Source of the DNA: Octopus sinensis | Lineage: Eukaryota | Assembly (NCBI RefSeq): GCF_006345805.1 | Contig: NC_043007.1 | Span: forward strand, 17,918,001-17,982,000 | Length of the DNA: 64,000 nucleotides | Direction of reading: 5' to 3' | Part shown: piece by piece, positions 1-13,692 of the stretch | How the letters are laid out: each line of letters begins with the position of its first letter | Numbering within the stretch: position 1 is the first letter of the stretch | The notes under the pieces: generated by a model | Database searches by the model: none | The model's input: the letters and a program-made list of their open reading frames with translations, nothing else | What the model was told of the DNA's origin: nothing | Position numbers and translations under genes: made by a program

Positions 1-254
1 GCATCAGAAGCAACTACTACGGCAACAACTGTGAATATAAAGATTGGCGGAATATCTGTAAGAATTACGGTAATGACTATTGATGTATGAATAGGAACAA
101 CGCTACCAATGAAACAGAAGTAGCACTAACTGCACTAACATTACGACTGCAACAACAGCTATACCAACTGCACTATCACTAACGACAAAAGCAGCAGCAG
201 TAGCAGTAGCAGCAGCAGCAAAAAGAACAACAACATCAACAATAATATTATTAT

Positions 255-674
255 ATATTTCTTTACTACCCACAAGGGGCTAAACATAGAAGGGACAAAC
301 AAGGACAGACAAACGGATTAAGTCGATTACATCGACCCCAGTGCGTAACTGGTACTTTATTTATCGACCCCGAAAGGATAAAAAAGGCAAAATCGACCTC
401 GGCGGAATTTGAACTCAGAACGTAACGACAGACGAAATACCTATTTCTTTATTACCCACTAGGGGCTAAACATAGAGTGGACAAACAAGGACAGACAAAC
501 GGATTAAGTCGATTATATCGACCCCAGTGCGAAACTGGTACTTTATTTATCGACCCCGAAAGGATGAAAGGCAAAGTCGACCTCGGCGGAATTTGAACTC
601 AGAACGTAACGACAGACGAAATACCGCTAAGCATTTCTCCCGGCGCGCTAACGTTTCTGCCAGCTCGCCGCCCT
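255..674 (-). mobile_element. tRNA-derived SINE family 1, dimer (full + 5'-truncated unit)
   Basis: Reverse complement of the repeat taaggcggcgagctggcag...ccttgtgggtagtaaagaaat found >25 times in the window; flanked by ~20-bp direct repeat tcaacaataatattattata (ending 254 and 694); internal junction gacgaaatacc|tatttcttt near 435-450. Confidence 0.85.
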
Positions 675-694
675 TCAACAATAATATTATTATA

Positions 695-1801
695 ATGTCG
701 TATTCTGAGGTATCCCGGATTATCGAATTACAAGAGGAACAAGCTCAAACCAATATTCGTTTATCTAATGTAGAAGCAAAGCTTGATCAAGTTCTTCAAC
801 GTCTTAACCCTATTCAGCAAGTTCGACTGACGGCATTAGAGGGCAAGCTGGATCGTGTTCTAGTACACTTGAGCCCCATTCAGCAGCTCCGCCTCTCTTC
901 TCTGGAATCTAAGTTAGACCAGGTTTTCCGACATATCGTTAGACAAAGTATTGATCGAGTGCAATATCGACGAGACTCAATCACTGACTCAATATGTACT
1001 GAAGCTACTACCTCAACAAGTAGAACTATTCAACAGAGTAGTGGCCAGCTTTCAACAGGAACCAACAGAACTCCGATAAAATCTCGGACCACTTGTTATG
1101 ATCGTTCCGCCGTTAATCAAATAAAATATGAATGGCTGTTAAACAACCAAACAAATTCTTCTCCGGTCCCTACACGTCTGGACTCGCGGCCATCAACACC
1201 GATCGAGTCATCGAATATTCAGGCACAAGAAGAAAGCCAATCCGGACACAACAGTATGGCGTTGTACGGCTCGGAAATCAGCCAACCCAACTCACCTTCT
1301 CCGAGTCATGGCAGTCGGCCTTCGTCAAGTTTGTCAGTTCAGTTTTGCCAGAAGTCGAGTCTTAACCGAAATCAGACAATTCATTACGGTTCATCTGTTC
1401 AGCATGGAAGTGGTCAGGGATCCCCACAAACCCAGGAGAAAGCAGTGCATCAGTTCGCCAATATCCAAACTTTATCGACGTATGTAAAGCAAAAATTAGA
1501 TTCCAGATATCTGTCTGGTCGTGACCGACAAGAGCTTCGTATTTTGCTTCAGCTTTCAAACTTTGAAAATGTGTTAAGCAATGCTTTGAGAAAAGATGTC
1601 TTGAACAGATTACAAATGTTTAGCGCAGTGGTAACGCATGGATGGTCAGCTGCTTCGAGGATCTCTGCAAGGCAGTCAATCATACTTCAGGATATGACTA
1701 GACGTATGCAGGAAATACAAGTATCCCGTGGAAGTAACCGATTTAAAATATCACGTTTTCATAAACTTGCTCCGAAATCATCTCGAAAGAAAAAAGCTTG
1801 A
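695..1801 (+). CDS. Orphan 368-aa protein: N-terminal triple coiled-coil repeat, S/Q/P-rich disordered middle, helical C-terminal domain, basic C-terminus
   Basis: Uninterrupted 1107-bp ORF from first ATG after the SINE TSD (the track's 527 start lies inside the antisense SINE). Repeats RLSNVEAKLDQVL / RLTALEGKLDRVL / RLSSLESKLDQVF at 22-aa spacing; ends KSSRKKKA; AATAAA at 1939-1944. Confidence 0.65.
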   Translation: MSYSEVSRIIELQEEQAQTNIRLSNVEAKLDQVLQRLNPIQQVRLTALEGKLDRVLVHLSPIQQLRLSSLESKLDQVFRHIVRQSIDRVQYRRDSITDSICTEATTSTSRTIQQSSGQLSTGTNRTPIKSRTTCYDRSAVNQIKYEWLLNNQTNSSPVPTRLDSRPSTPIESSNIQAQEESQSGHNSMALYGSEISQPNSPSPSHGSRPSSSLSVQFCQKSSLNRNQTIHYGSSVQHGSGQGSPQTQEKAVHQFANIQTLSTYVKQKLDSRYLSGRDRQELRILLQLSNFENVLSNALRKDVLNRLQMFSAVVTHGWSAASRISARQSIILQDMTRRMQEIQVSRGSNRFKISRFHKLAPKSSRKKKA

Positions 1802-2474
1802 GAATTATGACATCAACGTTGTCATTAAGCTTTGTTCACAAGTCGGGGCTTGACTGAAATTGTGTGAAATGTGTGAAATTATTCTAAATGGTAAATAAGT
1901 GTGAGAAAACTTGAAGAAGAAAACAACAACGTATGAACAATAAATTCAGTAGGTCATCTCTAAAAACAAACCCTCCCAGTTTATCAAGAAAATAAGGTTG
2001 AAACCGCCAATAGGTATGACTACTATTAATTTCCTTTGCTGGAATGTACAACTATTATATCACAGAGTCATCTGTATGAATGGTTGCTGTCATTTCCGTT
2101 ACTGGAATGCACATCCTATAATATTACAAAAATAGACGAAATCGCTATCATATGGATTTAAATAAGGCGTAGTTGCTTCCAACCAGGAATTTAAATGTTG
2201 CTGATCATTCAATTTATGGAGCTCTTTGATGTCTCATTGTGTTTATTCCTCATAAAAATGGTAATTTCTTAAAAACACATTCCATAACAATATTTGTTGT
2301 TTATTATACAAAAGGAAACAATAAGAGGAAGGCATTCCAAACACAGAAGAACAAAACAAAGACAAATAAAATATCTGGTAAATAGGTAATATAAACGTAC
2401 AGTGGTACGCATACACGTGTACAAGTACACGCAATACAGATTATTAATTATTATTATTATTATTATTTTATATA

Positions 2475-3023
2475 TTGGGTTGTCCGGAAAGTTCGTGCCG
2501 ATTATTAAAGGAAAGAAAAAGGTCAATAAATACTTGCCATTATCAACCAAATATGAACCATTTTGTTGCACAACGCGTCTCCATCTTTCCTTTAACTTGA
2601 AAATACCTTCTTCCCAGAATTGAGATGGTTTCATGGCAAAGAATTCATCTTTTTACATCATCCAAGGAATTGAAATTTTTACCATTAAGACTATTCTGCA
2701 GAGACCTGAATAAACGGAAATCCGAAGGAGCAATATCTGGTGAATATGGAGGGTGGGGTAACACATCCCAGCCGAGCTGCAGCAATTTTTGCCTGGTTCC
2801 CAAAGCATCAAGTGCCGAAAATGAACTTTCTTATCTTCCATTTTAAAGGGTTACAGAATTAACACAGGTTATAGGAACATAAACCTTCTTCCACGAAAAG
2901 ATAGCTTAAACTGTGCTCTAAATGGAGGTGTAGTCGAATCCTATTTTATAGACTTAACCATGTTCTAAAATAAGTCGAAAGGTAAGCTGCTATAAATCGG
3001 CACGAACTTTCCAGACGACCCAA
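2475..3023 (-). mobile_element. Internally deleted mariner element
   Basis: TIRs ttgggttgtccggaaagttcgtgccgatt / aatcggcacgaactttccagacgacccaa flanked by TA; minus strand encodes mariner C-terminal motifs PHPPYSPDIAPSDFRLF and FWEEGIFKLKERWRRVVQQNGSY. Confidence 0.9.
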
Positions 3024-3139
3024 TATTTTTTATTGTTCGTACAATCTTCTAGAATGTTTCCCTTTATGTTCTTTGTATTTATGTTTAGTAAAATAAAGAT
3101 TGATGTGGCATATGTTTTAGATCCAAATATGTATGTATG

Positions 3140-3500
3140 TTTTTTATTCGTTTCAGTCATCAGACTGCATCCATGCTGAGGCGCTACCCTGAAGAGTTTT
3201 GGCCGAAGAAACTGACCCCAATATTTATTTTTGTTCTAAATTGAGACTTATTCTATCAGTTACTTTATTGCCAAACCGCTAAGATACTGGGACGTAAATA
3301 AATCAACACCGGTTGTCAGGCGGTGGTGGGGAAGAAATACAAATATACATACATACATACATACATACACATATACACGACGGGTTTTTTTCCGTTTCAG
3401 TTTACCAATTCTACTCACTTTGGTCGTCCAGGGGTTATAATAGGTGCCAGGCAGTGGGACTGAACCTGGCACCATGTGCAATCTTCTTACCCCACAGCCA
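3140..3500 (-). mobile_element. SINE family 2 (CORE-like), degraded copy
   Basis: Matches the family-2 copies at 13693 and 55398 (gtttcagtcat..gactgc..ccatgctg; gggactgaacc..accatgtg). Confidence 0.7.
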
Positions 3501-3514
3501 ATATATATGTATAT

Positions 3515-3752
3515 ATAGGTTGGCCAAAAGTCACCCGACAGTAAATCAAAATTCCATAAATACTTAATATTCAATTTCATTTATTCATTCTAATTATGAA
3601 TGTTTAATAATTGGTGTAAGTTAAAATCACTGGTTTTTAATTCAATATTTGTCTATATTTATTAGCGAAATCTCATATAAAATAATTTTCGTTTTAATCT
3701 TTGAATTAAATGGGTTTTGATTTACTGTCAGGCAACATTTGGCCAACCCTGT
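3515..3752. mobile_element. Tc1/mariner-like MITE
   Basis: Imperfect TIRs ggttggccaaaagtcacccgacagta / tactgtcaggcaacatttggccaaccctg with TA-rich flanks and AT-rich interior. Confidence 0.55.
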
Positions 3753-3763
3753 ATGTATATATA

Positions 3764-4154
3764 TCTCTCTATATATAAAGCTGAAGTTGTCTGTGTATGG
3801 CAGGTTTGGTAGCCTTCAACTAACACTATCTCCTCCGAGACCCTGCGGCACAAGTTGACCAAAATTAAGAGTATGATAGAAGGAGGCTTGCTCTTCCTTC
3901 CGTAGAAGAAAAAATTCAAATCGGACCATGTTAACACTAAAAATTATTTACATCAAAAAGGTGCTTTTTTTCTATGAAAATCCCTATTTTTTACAATTTT
4001 TTGACTGCTGTGTCGCCATTTGTCGGGGTATTTCAACCAGAAAAATGTTCACTTAAAGAGAATAACAAGCTACATAATGCAAAATTTTTATTTTTCATAA
4101 TTCCAATTCTAAAGGGTCGAAACAAACCCGAGCAACGCCGGGCGATACTGCTAG
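3764..4154 (+). mobile_element. Non-autonomous Helitron-type element
   Basis: Begins TC after A, ends with hairpin cccgagcaacgccggg then CTAG before T; no TSD. Confidence 0.8.
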
Positions 4155-4186
<32 letters not shown>

Positions 4187-4414
4187 TGTATGTATGTATG
4201 TATGTATGTATGTATGTATGTATGTATGCATGCATGCATGTATGTATGCATGTATATATATAGCATGCAAGAATAATTTCGAATATGTTCTAAGGTAAGA
4301 GTTAAATAGATAATTTTTTTTTTATACTCTAGACAAAAGCAAGCAAATTGCATGTCAAGCGGACAGAAATAGAAGAATTGACTTGACTTAGTTTCGAATC
4401 TTGTTAGCTTCTTT

Positions 4415-4665
4415 TCACAATCTACGTTGAATCGCTAGCTTTTGCACGCATTTTTTTTCTCTCCTTGTTTCTCTCCGTGTTTCTTTTCTGTGTATCTTTC
4501 TGTTGAAGAGCGTAGGCTCGAAACGTAAAAGACTTGTTTTATTTATATTCCTGAGCGCCATACTAATACAATTGTTTGTTTGTACTCCACCTGCCTTCGT
4601 CTTTTGTTTATTTTCATAAAGCTTCCCGTTACATATATGTACATATATATCCACATACATATATT
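4415..4665 (+). mobile_element. Penelope-type pLTR-like repeat with mutated minimal hammerhead ribozyme
   Basis: tcttt-CTGTTGAA-gagc gtag gctc-GAAAC-GTA-aaaga (~4495-4542): stem I 5 bp, stem II 4 bp, palindromic stem III ACGT; core A6 changed to U. Confidence 0.5.
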
Positions 4666-5100
4666 TCTTCAGCCTTATGAAGAAATATACAGCTTACAGT
4701 TGCTTTGTCACTAAATGTAGTGATTTCAATCAGTCATTTAGATTGATTTGTATAAAAGTGGTTTTGCTGGTCGCAGATTAAAATTTTATCAGTTCCGCTC
4801 AGTGACCACGGTTCTTGTCAGCGCTGGATTAACCATTATGCATTATGTTTAGGGTATCAAAGGAATGATGGACAACACAGAAATGGTATATGGTTCACGG
4901 CACAAAAGAAATCACTTTAAATTGTTAGAATAATATTCGAAATTGTTTGTATGATCGGAAATATAAATTCGAAGTGTTCATTGTTTCATAGTGAGGATTT
5001 GATGAAAGACTTTGCAATGAAAAAAAAGTAGGAGAATTGTTTTTTTATATATATAAATAAAGTGGAAGTGCAAAAAGATAAATATTATTTTGCATCTTAC

Positions 5101-5320
5101 TAAGGCGACGAGCTGGCAGAGTGGTTAGCACGCAGGGCGAAATGCGGAGCCGTATTTCGTCTGCCTTTACGTTCTGAGTTCAAATTCCACCGAGGTCGAC
5201 TTTGCCTTTCATCCTTTCGGGGTCGATTAAATAAGAACCAGTTACACACTGGGGTCGATGCAATCGACTTAATCCGTTTGCCCCCTCTGCGTTTAGCCCC
5301 TTGTGGGCAGTAAAGAAATA
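5101..5320 (+). mobile_element. SINE family 1
   Basis: taaggcgacgagctggcag...ccttgtgggcagtaaagaaata. Confidence 0.85.
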
Positions 5321-7054
<1,734 letters not shown>

Positions 7055-7086
7055 TTTTCTTTATTTGGCACCCGGGCCTTAATATA

Positions 7087-7320
7087 TGTTTCTTTACTAC
7101 CCACAAGGGGCTAAACACAGAGGGGACAAACAAGGACAGACAAACGGATTAAGTCGATTACATCGACCCCAGTGCGTAACTGGTACTTACTTAATTGACC
7201 CTGAAAGGATGAAAGGCAAAGTCAACCTCGGCGGAATTTGAACTCAGAACGTAGCGGCAGACGAAATACCGCTAAGCATTTCGCCCGGCACGCTAACGAT
7301 TCCGACAGCTCGCCGCCTTA
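7087..7320 (-). mobile_element. SINE family 1 inserted in the 3' tail of unit B
   Basis: Full copy flanked by (cc)ttaatat on both sides; empty-site equivalent cccgggccttaatatagaggggg at 8747-8769. Confidence 0.85.
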
Positions 7321-7817
7321 ATATAGAAGGGAGAGTACAAGGACAGACAGAACATCACAGTGGGGACAAAAAACATAAAACGAATAAAACATAAAGATGT
7401 ATATAAAAATGATAAATTACTGATAACGGAATGGCTGCAGTGAACCCCACTCTCAAGCAATACCTATTTCTTTACTACCCACAAGGGGCTAAACACAGAG
7501 GGGACAAACGGATTAAGTCGATTATATCGACCCCAGTGCGCAACAGATTATACACTGAAACAATCGTTCCTACACTCTCTTTTTTCTTTTTGTATCCTTT
7601 TTCTTTTTTTTAATCTTTTTTTAAAAAAGTCTATTTTCCTCTTTTTTTATATAAAAATTTTACTTACTTGCTTTTTCAAACGTCCGTTAATGGTTTCAAG
7701 CCTTCAAACTCCACGACTGTTGGCAGTTTGTCGAATCCAATCTCTACCCCCAACGGGTCTATGCTGTTTCCAAACAGTTCTTTTAATTTTTCAAATCTCT
7801 CTTTATAATAATTCCTT

Positions 7818-8220
7818 TAAGGCGGCGAGCTGGCAGAAACGTTAGCGCGCCGGGCGAAATGCTTAGCGGTATTTCGTCTGTCGTTACGTTCTGAGTTCAA
7901 ATTCCGCCGAGGTCAACTTTGCCTTTCATCCTTTCGGAGTCGATAAATTAAGTACCAGTTACGCACTGGGGTCGATGTAATCGACTTAATCTCTTTGTCC
8001 TCGTTTGTCCCCTCTATGTTTAGCCCCTTGTGGGTAATAAAGAAATAGAAATAGATATTTCGTCCGTCGTTACGTCCTGAGTTCAAATTCTTCCGAGGTC
8101 GACTTTGCCTGTCATCCTTTACCAGTTTCGCACTGGGGTCGATGTAATCGACTTAATCCCTTTGTCTGTCCTTGTTTGTCCCCTCTATGTTTAGCCCCAT
8201 GTGGGCAGTAAAGAAATATA
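7818..8220 (+). mobile_element. SINE family 1 dimer inserted in unit B ORF1
   Basis: Flanked by direct repeat tataataattccttta (~7803-7818 and ~8219-8234); removing it restores the ORF1 reading KTKGIII-KRD. Confidence 0.85.
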
Positions 8221-8785
8221 TAATAATTCCTTTAGTCTTTTCCCAGTATTTTTCTGGGGGCAGCCTTACTCTTATTACTGATTTATACTTTATAATCTTT
8301 TCTCTATTGCTGTACTTTTGGTATACGTGACCATATGCCACTTGTATTTTTCCTTTTCACCTCCGCTTCCTTCGGCTCCGGACATGAGCTGTCCAGGCGT
8401 ATAAAAAGAAATCGATAACGAATTCGACTTCCACATCCTGTTGTAATGATGTTTCTGCCTCTGTGCCTTCTTCCATTATTAATTCTGTTGGTGTCTCGCA
8501 GCTGTTTCTCGGCACACTGGTGTGGATTATGGCATCTTCTTCGTTGCCAAACCTTACTTCCACTATGCCGTACTTCCTTCCACCTGTATATAATGTGATC
8601 AATATTTTTTGTTTTCGAGGCATTTCTCTATTGCCTCTATCGGGGAGACCTTCAACAATTATAAATAACAATTCGAATTCATGTTAAAGAAATCACTACC
8701 AACACCGAAAAGATACTGACACACGACTCCTTTTCTTTATTTGACACCCGGGCCTTAATATAGAGGGGGCAGCAGAAGGACAGAA

Positions 8786-11061
8786 TTTCTTTATTTGACA
8801 CCACGGCCACAATACAGAGGGGGACACTACAAAGACAGACACAACACCACAATGGGGATATAAAACGTAAAACGAATGAGAATGAAATGTTATATAAAAA
8901 TGAAATGTCTGTATGGGCCCCATTCCCATTTGAACGTTTATACACACTATTTACAATCGTTCTATTTTTCTATTGTTTTTTTCTTAATCGTCTCTTTTTT
9001 CATTTTTTTTTCATTGAAACCCTTACTTTTTCCTTTTTTTTTTCTTTCAACAAAACAATTTTACTTACTCATTTTTTGCCATTTTAATCTCTCTATATAT
9101 AAACGGCAGTTTGTCTGTGCGTTTTCTGTGTGTCTGTTTTCTCGTACCCTCACTCTGACCACGGCTTTCAACCGATTCTGATGAAACTTGACACACACAT
9201 AGCCCAATGTCATAATTCAAAACTAACGCAGCGAAAATTTTGAAAAGTTCCCCCAGTTATGAAAAAAATCGATAAATTCGACATGGGGTCGAGAATCAGA
9301 AACCCAAACCACAGACCGTCTAGGGGACGCAAATCCACCTTTTTTAACTCTCAAAAAAAATTTACCATCATTTTTTTTCCATTTTTTTGCTATTTTTTGG
9401 CTATAACTCTCTAAAAATGCTTTATAGTTATTTCCCTTACAAACCTGAGCAACGCCGGGCGATACTGCTAGTACCTCATATAAGGCTCCACGTCTCTGAG
9501 TTCAACTACGGGTGGCAGTTCATGGAACTCCACCAACACTCCGGGCGGGTCAATCTTGTTTCCGCACATGTCTACTAGTCTATTGTATGTGTCTTTGTCG
9601 ACCACAGTGGCCTTTATATTTTCTGAATATATATCCGTGGGTAACTTCACTCTTATGATATGCTGAAATTTTACAATTTTCTTTCCACCCCTTTGTTCTT
9701 TGCATATGTTACGAAGTTCCATTTAGCTTTTGCCTCTTCTTGGTTTTCTCTTTTCTACTTCTATTTCTGGTACCTTTTCCTTTTCTATGTCCACTCTGAA
9801 CAATTTCTCCATTTCACCCTCATACAGTTGCACTCCTGAATCTTTCTCCTTCGCTGAATTAACCGGCGTCTTCAGCACAGTATCCTCCTTCTGTAACTCA
9901 TTCTCGCACACTTTTCCAAATACTTTTTCACTTTCTTTCTCCTCCGCCATTTTGTCTTCCTTCCTTCTGGTCGCAGCTTTCATTTCCACCTTTTTCTGGT
10001 CACCTAGCGGCGTGCTCACTCTTCCACTTCTCCTTTTTCTTTCTACCACCATGAATCCCTCCTCCGTTGTTTTTTCTTCCATCTCCACCTGTACTACCTG
10101 TTCCGTACTTTCCTGTTTCTTCTTCTGTTCTCTCTGTGGGCACCTCGCCTTCATGTGGCCTTTCTCCCCACATTCAAAACATACAGGCGGCCTGCCCTCT
10201 ACCTTCACTCTTAATCTCAAGTCGTCGGGCAGCACTATCTCTTCAGTAATCCGATTTAAATATTCTATTGTTGCCTGGATAGTGAGCTCGATCCCGTATC
10301 CCCAGTATTTGATTCTATTAGTCCTTGTGGCCTTCAGTATCTTGGCCTCATCCTTCATGTTGAACATTATGGCTGTCATTGGCCATGTTTCTTTTAGTTC
10401 TGGGGGTACTTTGTCTACTCGCACTCTGGCCACACGTTTGCCACAGTACAACGGCAAAAGTACCCACTCCTCCGATCTTATTGGTTCTGTTGCGTGCTTG
10501 ATTGCCTCTTTCTCTGTCGCAAAGCGCACCTCCACGGTGGCATACTTCCTTCCTCTTGTTATATATATGTCGTTAGATTTTTAATGCTTTTCAAAACCTT
10601 TTCAATTTCTTCCACTGTCGCAATCTCCATCTTTCTCGTTGCTATTTTCATTGTTTTAAATATAACTGTTCGTCTCGTTACATTGTTTGTCAGTTCTGCA
10701 GGTGAGGTCGATTTCAACGTCTCTCCATCTTTCTCCAGTAACTTTTCACATTCCTTCATTTTCTTTGGTTCTACTTTAATTTCAGTTATTTCCAACGTTT
10801 CCTCTTCTGATCCTTTTCCAGTTGCGGTCGCCCGCTGGCGCTTTCTCCGTTTTCCCTCTCAATAGGAAAAAAATAAAACAACAATTAACAATATCAACAA
10901 TCGAACAGCAATAAACGAACAAATATATAACGCTCCCACTTACGAGAAAACACTCCGTTTTCAACAACACAACTCCAAAAAGGGAATTCAACCTGCAAAC
11001 AACGTCAACTACCCTCAAAGAAACCACTACCAACACCCAAAAAATACTGACACATGACTCC
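8786..11061 (-). mobile_element. ORF1-only Tx1-like element (unit A; HAL1-like half-LINE)
   Basis: 5' end ggagtcatgtgtcagta; ORF1 in three frames (10559-10795, 9723-10535, 9468-9722) with gag-type knuckle CFECGEKGHMKARC; after the stop ~300 bp of 3' UTR ending gtggtgtcaaataaagaaa; no endonuclease or RT. Confidence 0.75.
9088..9471 (+). mobile_element. Non-autonomous Helitron-type element inserted in the last codon of unit A ORF1
   Basis: A|TC...hairpin...CTAG|T; excising it gives minus-strand ATG AGG TAT TAA (M-R-Y-stop), confirming insertion between A and T with no TSD. Confidence 0.85.
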
Positions 11062-11139
11062 CTGCACTGGTTGACGTCGTCTTACTTTATAGTGAGACTT
11101 GTCCACTTGTCCCGTGGGAGGGCTGTATCATTTCCACTA

Positions 11140-11192
<53 letters not shown>

Positions 11193-11194
11193 AA

Positions 11195-11385
11195 GTTAAT
11201 CCAAACATGAAAACACAACAACACGAGGACGTGGAACAAATATAGTATTATTGGACGCTCAGGAAGGAAGGGAAGAAGGAGGATTTAACGTTTCAAGCGG
11301 AGCTCTTCGTCGGAAACATAGGAAAAGGAAAGATCCAGAGAAGGGAAGACAGAGAAAAAAAAATCGCCAACGGCACACACGCAAT
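11195..11385 (-). mobile_element. Penelope-type pLTR-like repeat with degenerate hammerhead
   Basis: Minus strand ttt-CCGACGAA-gagc tcc gctt-GAAAC-GTT-aaa; same repeat at 28070-28282. Confidence 0.55.
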
Positions 11386-11417
11386 ATATATATATATATA
11401 TTATATATATATATATA

Positions 11418-12624
11418 CGAGGGGGAGTCAAAATAATTATCTGCACTTTCGCCATAACATATCTTTATTATTGTCACACTACTTTCTGAGCATGCATGCT
11501 TATAGTTGGTACTATTGTAGCCAGGTGATCGAAGTTTGAGCCTGATTGCGCCATTTTTCTTTCTGGTTTTACAGTGTAAGCATGGCCGCTCCAGTAGCAA
11601 CGTGAACCAAAGAAGAACGAAAAGCAGTGATCCGAGATCCCTGGTCGGAAGGTGTGTCAGGTGCTGAAATTAATCGGAGGCTTTTAGCACAGTGGGGAAC
11701 GCCTGTCAATCTCCGTCACTGACGAGAAGATTCAGCAAAGTCGAGAGATGTTAATGGTGAACCGGCGGGTTATCACCGATGAGGTAGCTCGTCCTCTGCT
11801 GATTAGTCATGGTTCTGCCCATCATATCATCCATGATGAGCTCGGTTTCCATAAAGTCTGTGCAAGACGGGTGCCAAGAGAGCTTACATCAAAGCAGAAG
11901 CGCAAACGTCTTGAGGTCTGACAACGTTTACTCGATCGCGACAATAATGAGGGCAAGGAATTTTTGAGCAGAATTGTCACAGGAGATGAACCGTGGGTCC
12001 ATAATTATGAGGCAGAATCCAAAATACAGAGTATGAAGTGGAAACTTCCTGGCTTGCCAGCGACGAAGAAATTCAAGACTCAGTCTTTTGTGGGAAAGGT
12101 GATCCTACCCCTATTTTTAGGACCCAAAAGGGCCTATACTGGAAGACTATCTGGAAAAGGGGTGTACGATCCACAGTGCAAGATACAGTGCTTTGTTTGC
12201 CAACAAACTGAAGTCAGAAATTCGCACCAAGAGCCGAAGCCTATTGTTGAAGAAAGTTTTGTTGTTGCATGACAATGCACGCCCACACACGGTCGCCCTG
12301 ACCGTTGAAACCGTTAACCAATTGGATTTTGAGGTGCTGGAACACACTGCCTACAGCCCAGATTCCGCCCCTTCCGACTATCATATCTAAGGACTACTCA
12401 AAGATGCTTTACGAGGTCGTCGGTTTCCTACGGATGAAGATGTGAAGGAAGCAATGCATAAATGGTTTCACGACCATCCGAAAACCTTTTTCTTGGAGGG
12501 AGTATGCAAGCTTATGGACCGCTGGACTAAAAGGAAGGAGACTGTATAGAAAAATGACGTACTTGTTTATTCCCTGCTTTTATGTTGAAAAAACAAAAGT
12601 GTGTATAACTTTTGACTCTCACTC
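11418..12624 (+). mobile_element. Degenerate mariner (DD34D-type) transposon, ~1.2 kb
   Basis: Imperfect TIRs cgagggggagtcaaaataat / ataactttgactctcactca with TA flanks; transposase motifs SRIVTGDEPWVHNY, LLLHDNARPHT, YSPDSAPSDYH, broken by stops and frameshifts. Confidence 0.9.
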
Positions 12625-12854
12625 ATACATATACATATATAACCTTGATAATCATTTCTTTTGCCCTCGGTTTTGTTTTCTCCTGCGATAAAATTATGAT
12701 AAACTGCAACACCACAAGTAACAATTAAAAACTATAAATAAACATTTAATATAAAACAAATATTCCCAATGCAAGCTACTCGTTAACAAAAGATTCTTCT
12801 TATTAATTAATGCATACAAGTGAACACAATATTTTTATACTTTACAGAAGCCAA

Positions 12855-13102
12855 GTGGAGGCGCGTGGCTTAGTGGTTAGGGTGTCAGCATCATGATCGT
12901 AAGATTGTGGTTTCGACTCCTGGACCGGGCGATGCGTTGTGTTCTTGAGCAAAACACTTCATTTCACGTTTCTCCAGTTCACTCAGCTGGCAAAAATGAG
13001 TAACGCTGCGATGGACTGGCGTCCCGTCCAGCTGGGGGAAACATACGCCATAGAAACCGGGAAACCGGGCCCATGAGCCTGGCTAGGCTTTAAAAGGGCG
13101 CA
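12855..13102 (+). mobile_element. tRNA-derived SINE family 5
   Basis: A-box-like tggcttagtggttag and B-box-like gtttcgactcc; CORE-like ttgtgttcttgagcaaaacactt; tail cgtcccgtccag..gaaaccgggaaaccggg. Confidence 0.7.
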
Positions 13103-13692
13103 TTTATTTTTTTACAAAAGCCAAACTTTCTGCTTTCAAAAGTAAATAAATAAATAAATAAATAAATAAACTAAAATGAAATAAAAGATAACATCCTGAC
13201 ACGACATCTTACGGATATTCATAACATTAAGAGGCCATAACTCATAACAGTATGAGGCCTTCACATTCCTACTGCAAATCTTGATGAAGCCTGCTCGATG
13301 AGGTTGACCGGGGCGGGTTTGGGGTTGCGGATGGGAGCTAAACAAAAATACTAACGAAACCCTAAAATTGAAATATTTTGAAAGAAAATAAAGAACTACT
13401 CACATATTTTCCACATTATGAATGTTTTTTCATGAATTTCAAACTGTAATGAGATTCCGTATCTGTTATCTTTTACTTGCCTCAGTCATTGGACTACAGA
13501 TATGCTGGGACACCGCCTTGAAGGGTTTAGCTCAGACATGGGCAAACTTTTGCGATAAACAGGCCACATCAGAAATGGCACTATTTAGAAATTCAAAGTA
13601 ATTTTTCGTTAGGCGTACCATCTAGAAAGTCCCCCACACCTCAGTATCCCCAGTATCAATTTTTTAAAGTTCGATATTTATTCTGTCGGAAT

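Larger units (their letters stand above)
7056..8730 (-). mobile_element. ORF1-only Tx1-like element (unit B), internally deleted, with nested SINEs
   Basis: 5' end ggagtcgtgtgtcagta; ORF1 pieces YTGGRKYGIVEVRF, KYKSVIRVRLPPEKYWEKTKGIII and KLKELFGNSIDPLGVEIGFDKLPTVVEFEGLKPL (homologous to unit A C-terminus); then a 3' UTR homologous to unit A's ending ggtgccaaataaagaaa; no RT sequence. Confidence 0.7.

Noticed and set aside
527-694. N-terminal 56 aa of the 424-aa track ORF (MRNWYFIYRPRKDERQSRPRR...)
   Set aside because: This is antisense SINE-1 read-through; the same peptide recurs at 25896, 38725 and 53746. The start was moved to ATG 695.
9730-10584. 284-aa plus-strand S/F-rich ORF
   Set aside because: Antisense shadow of the K/E-rich retroelement ORF1.
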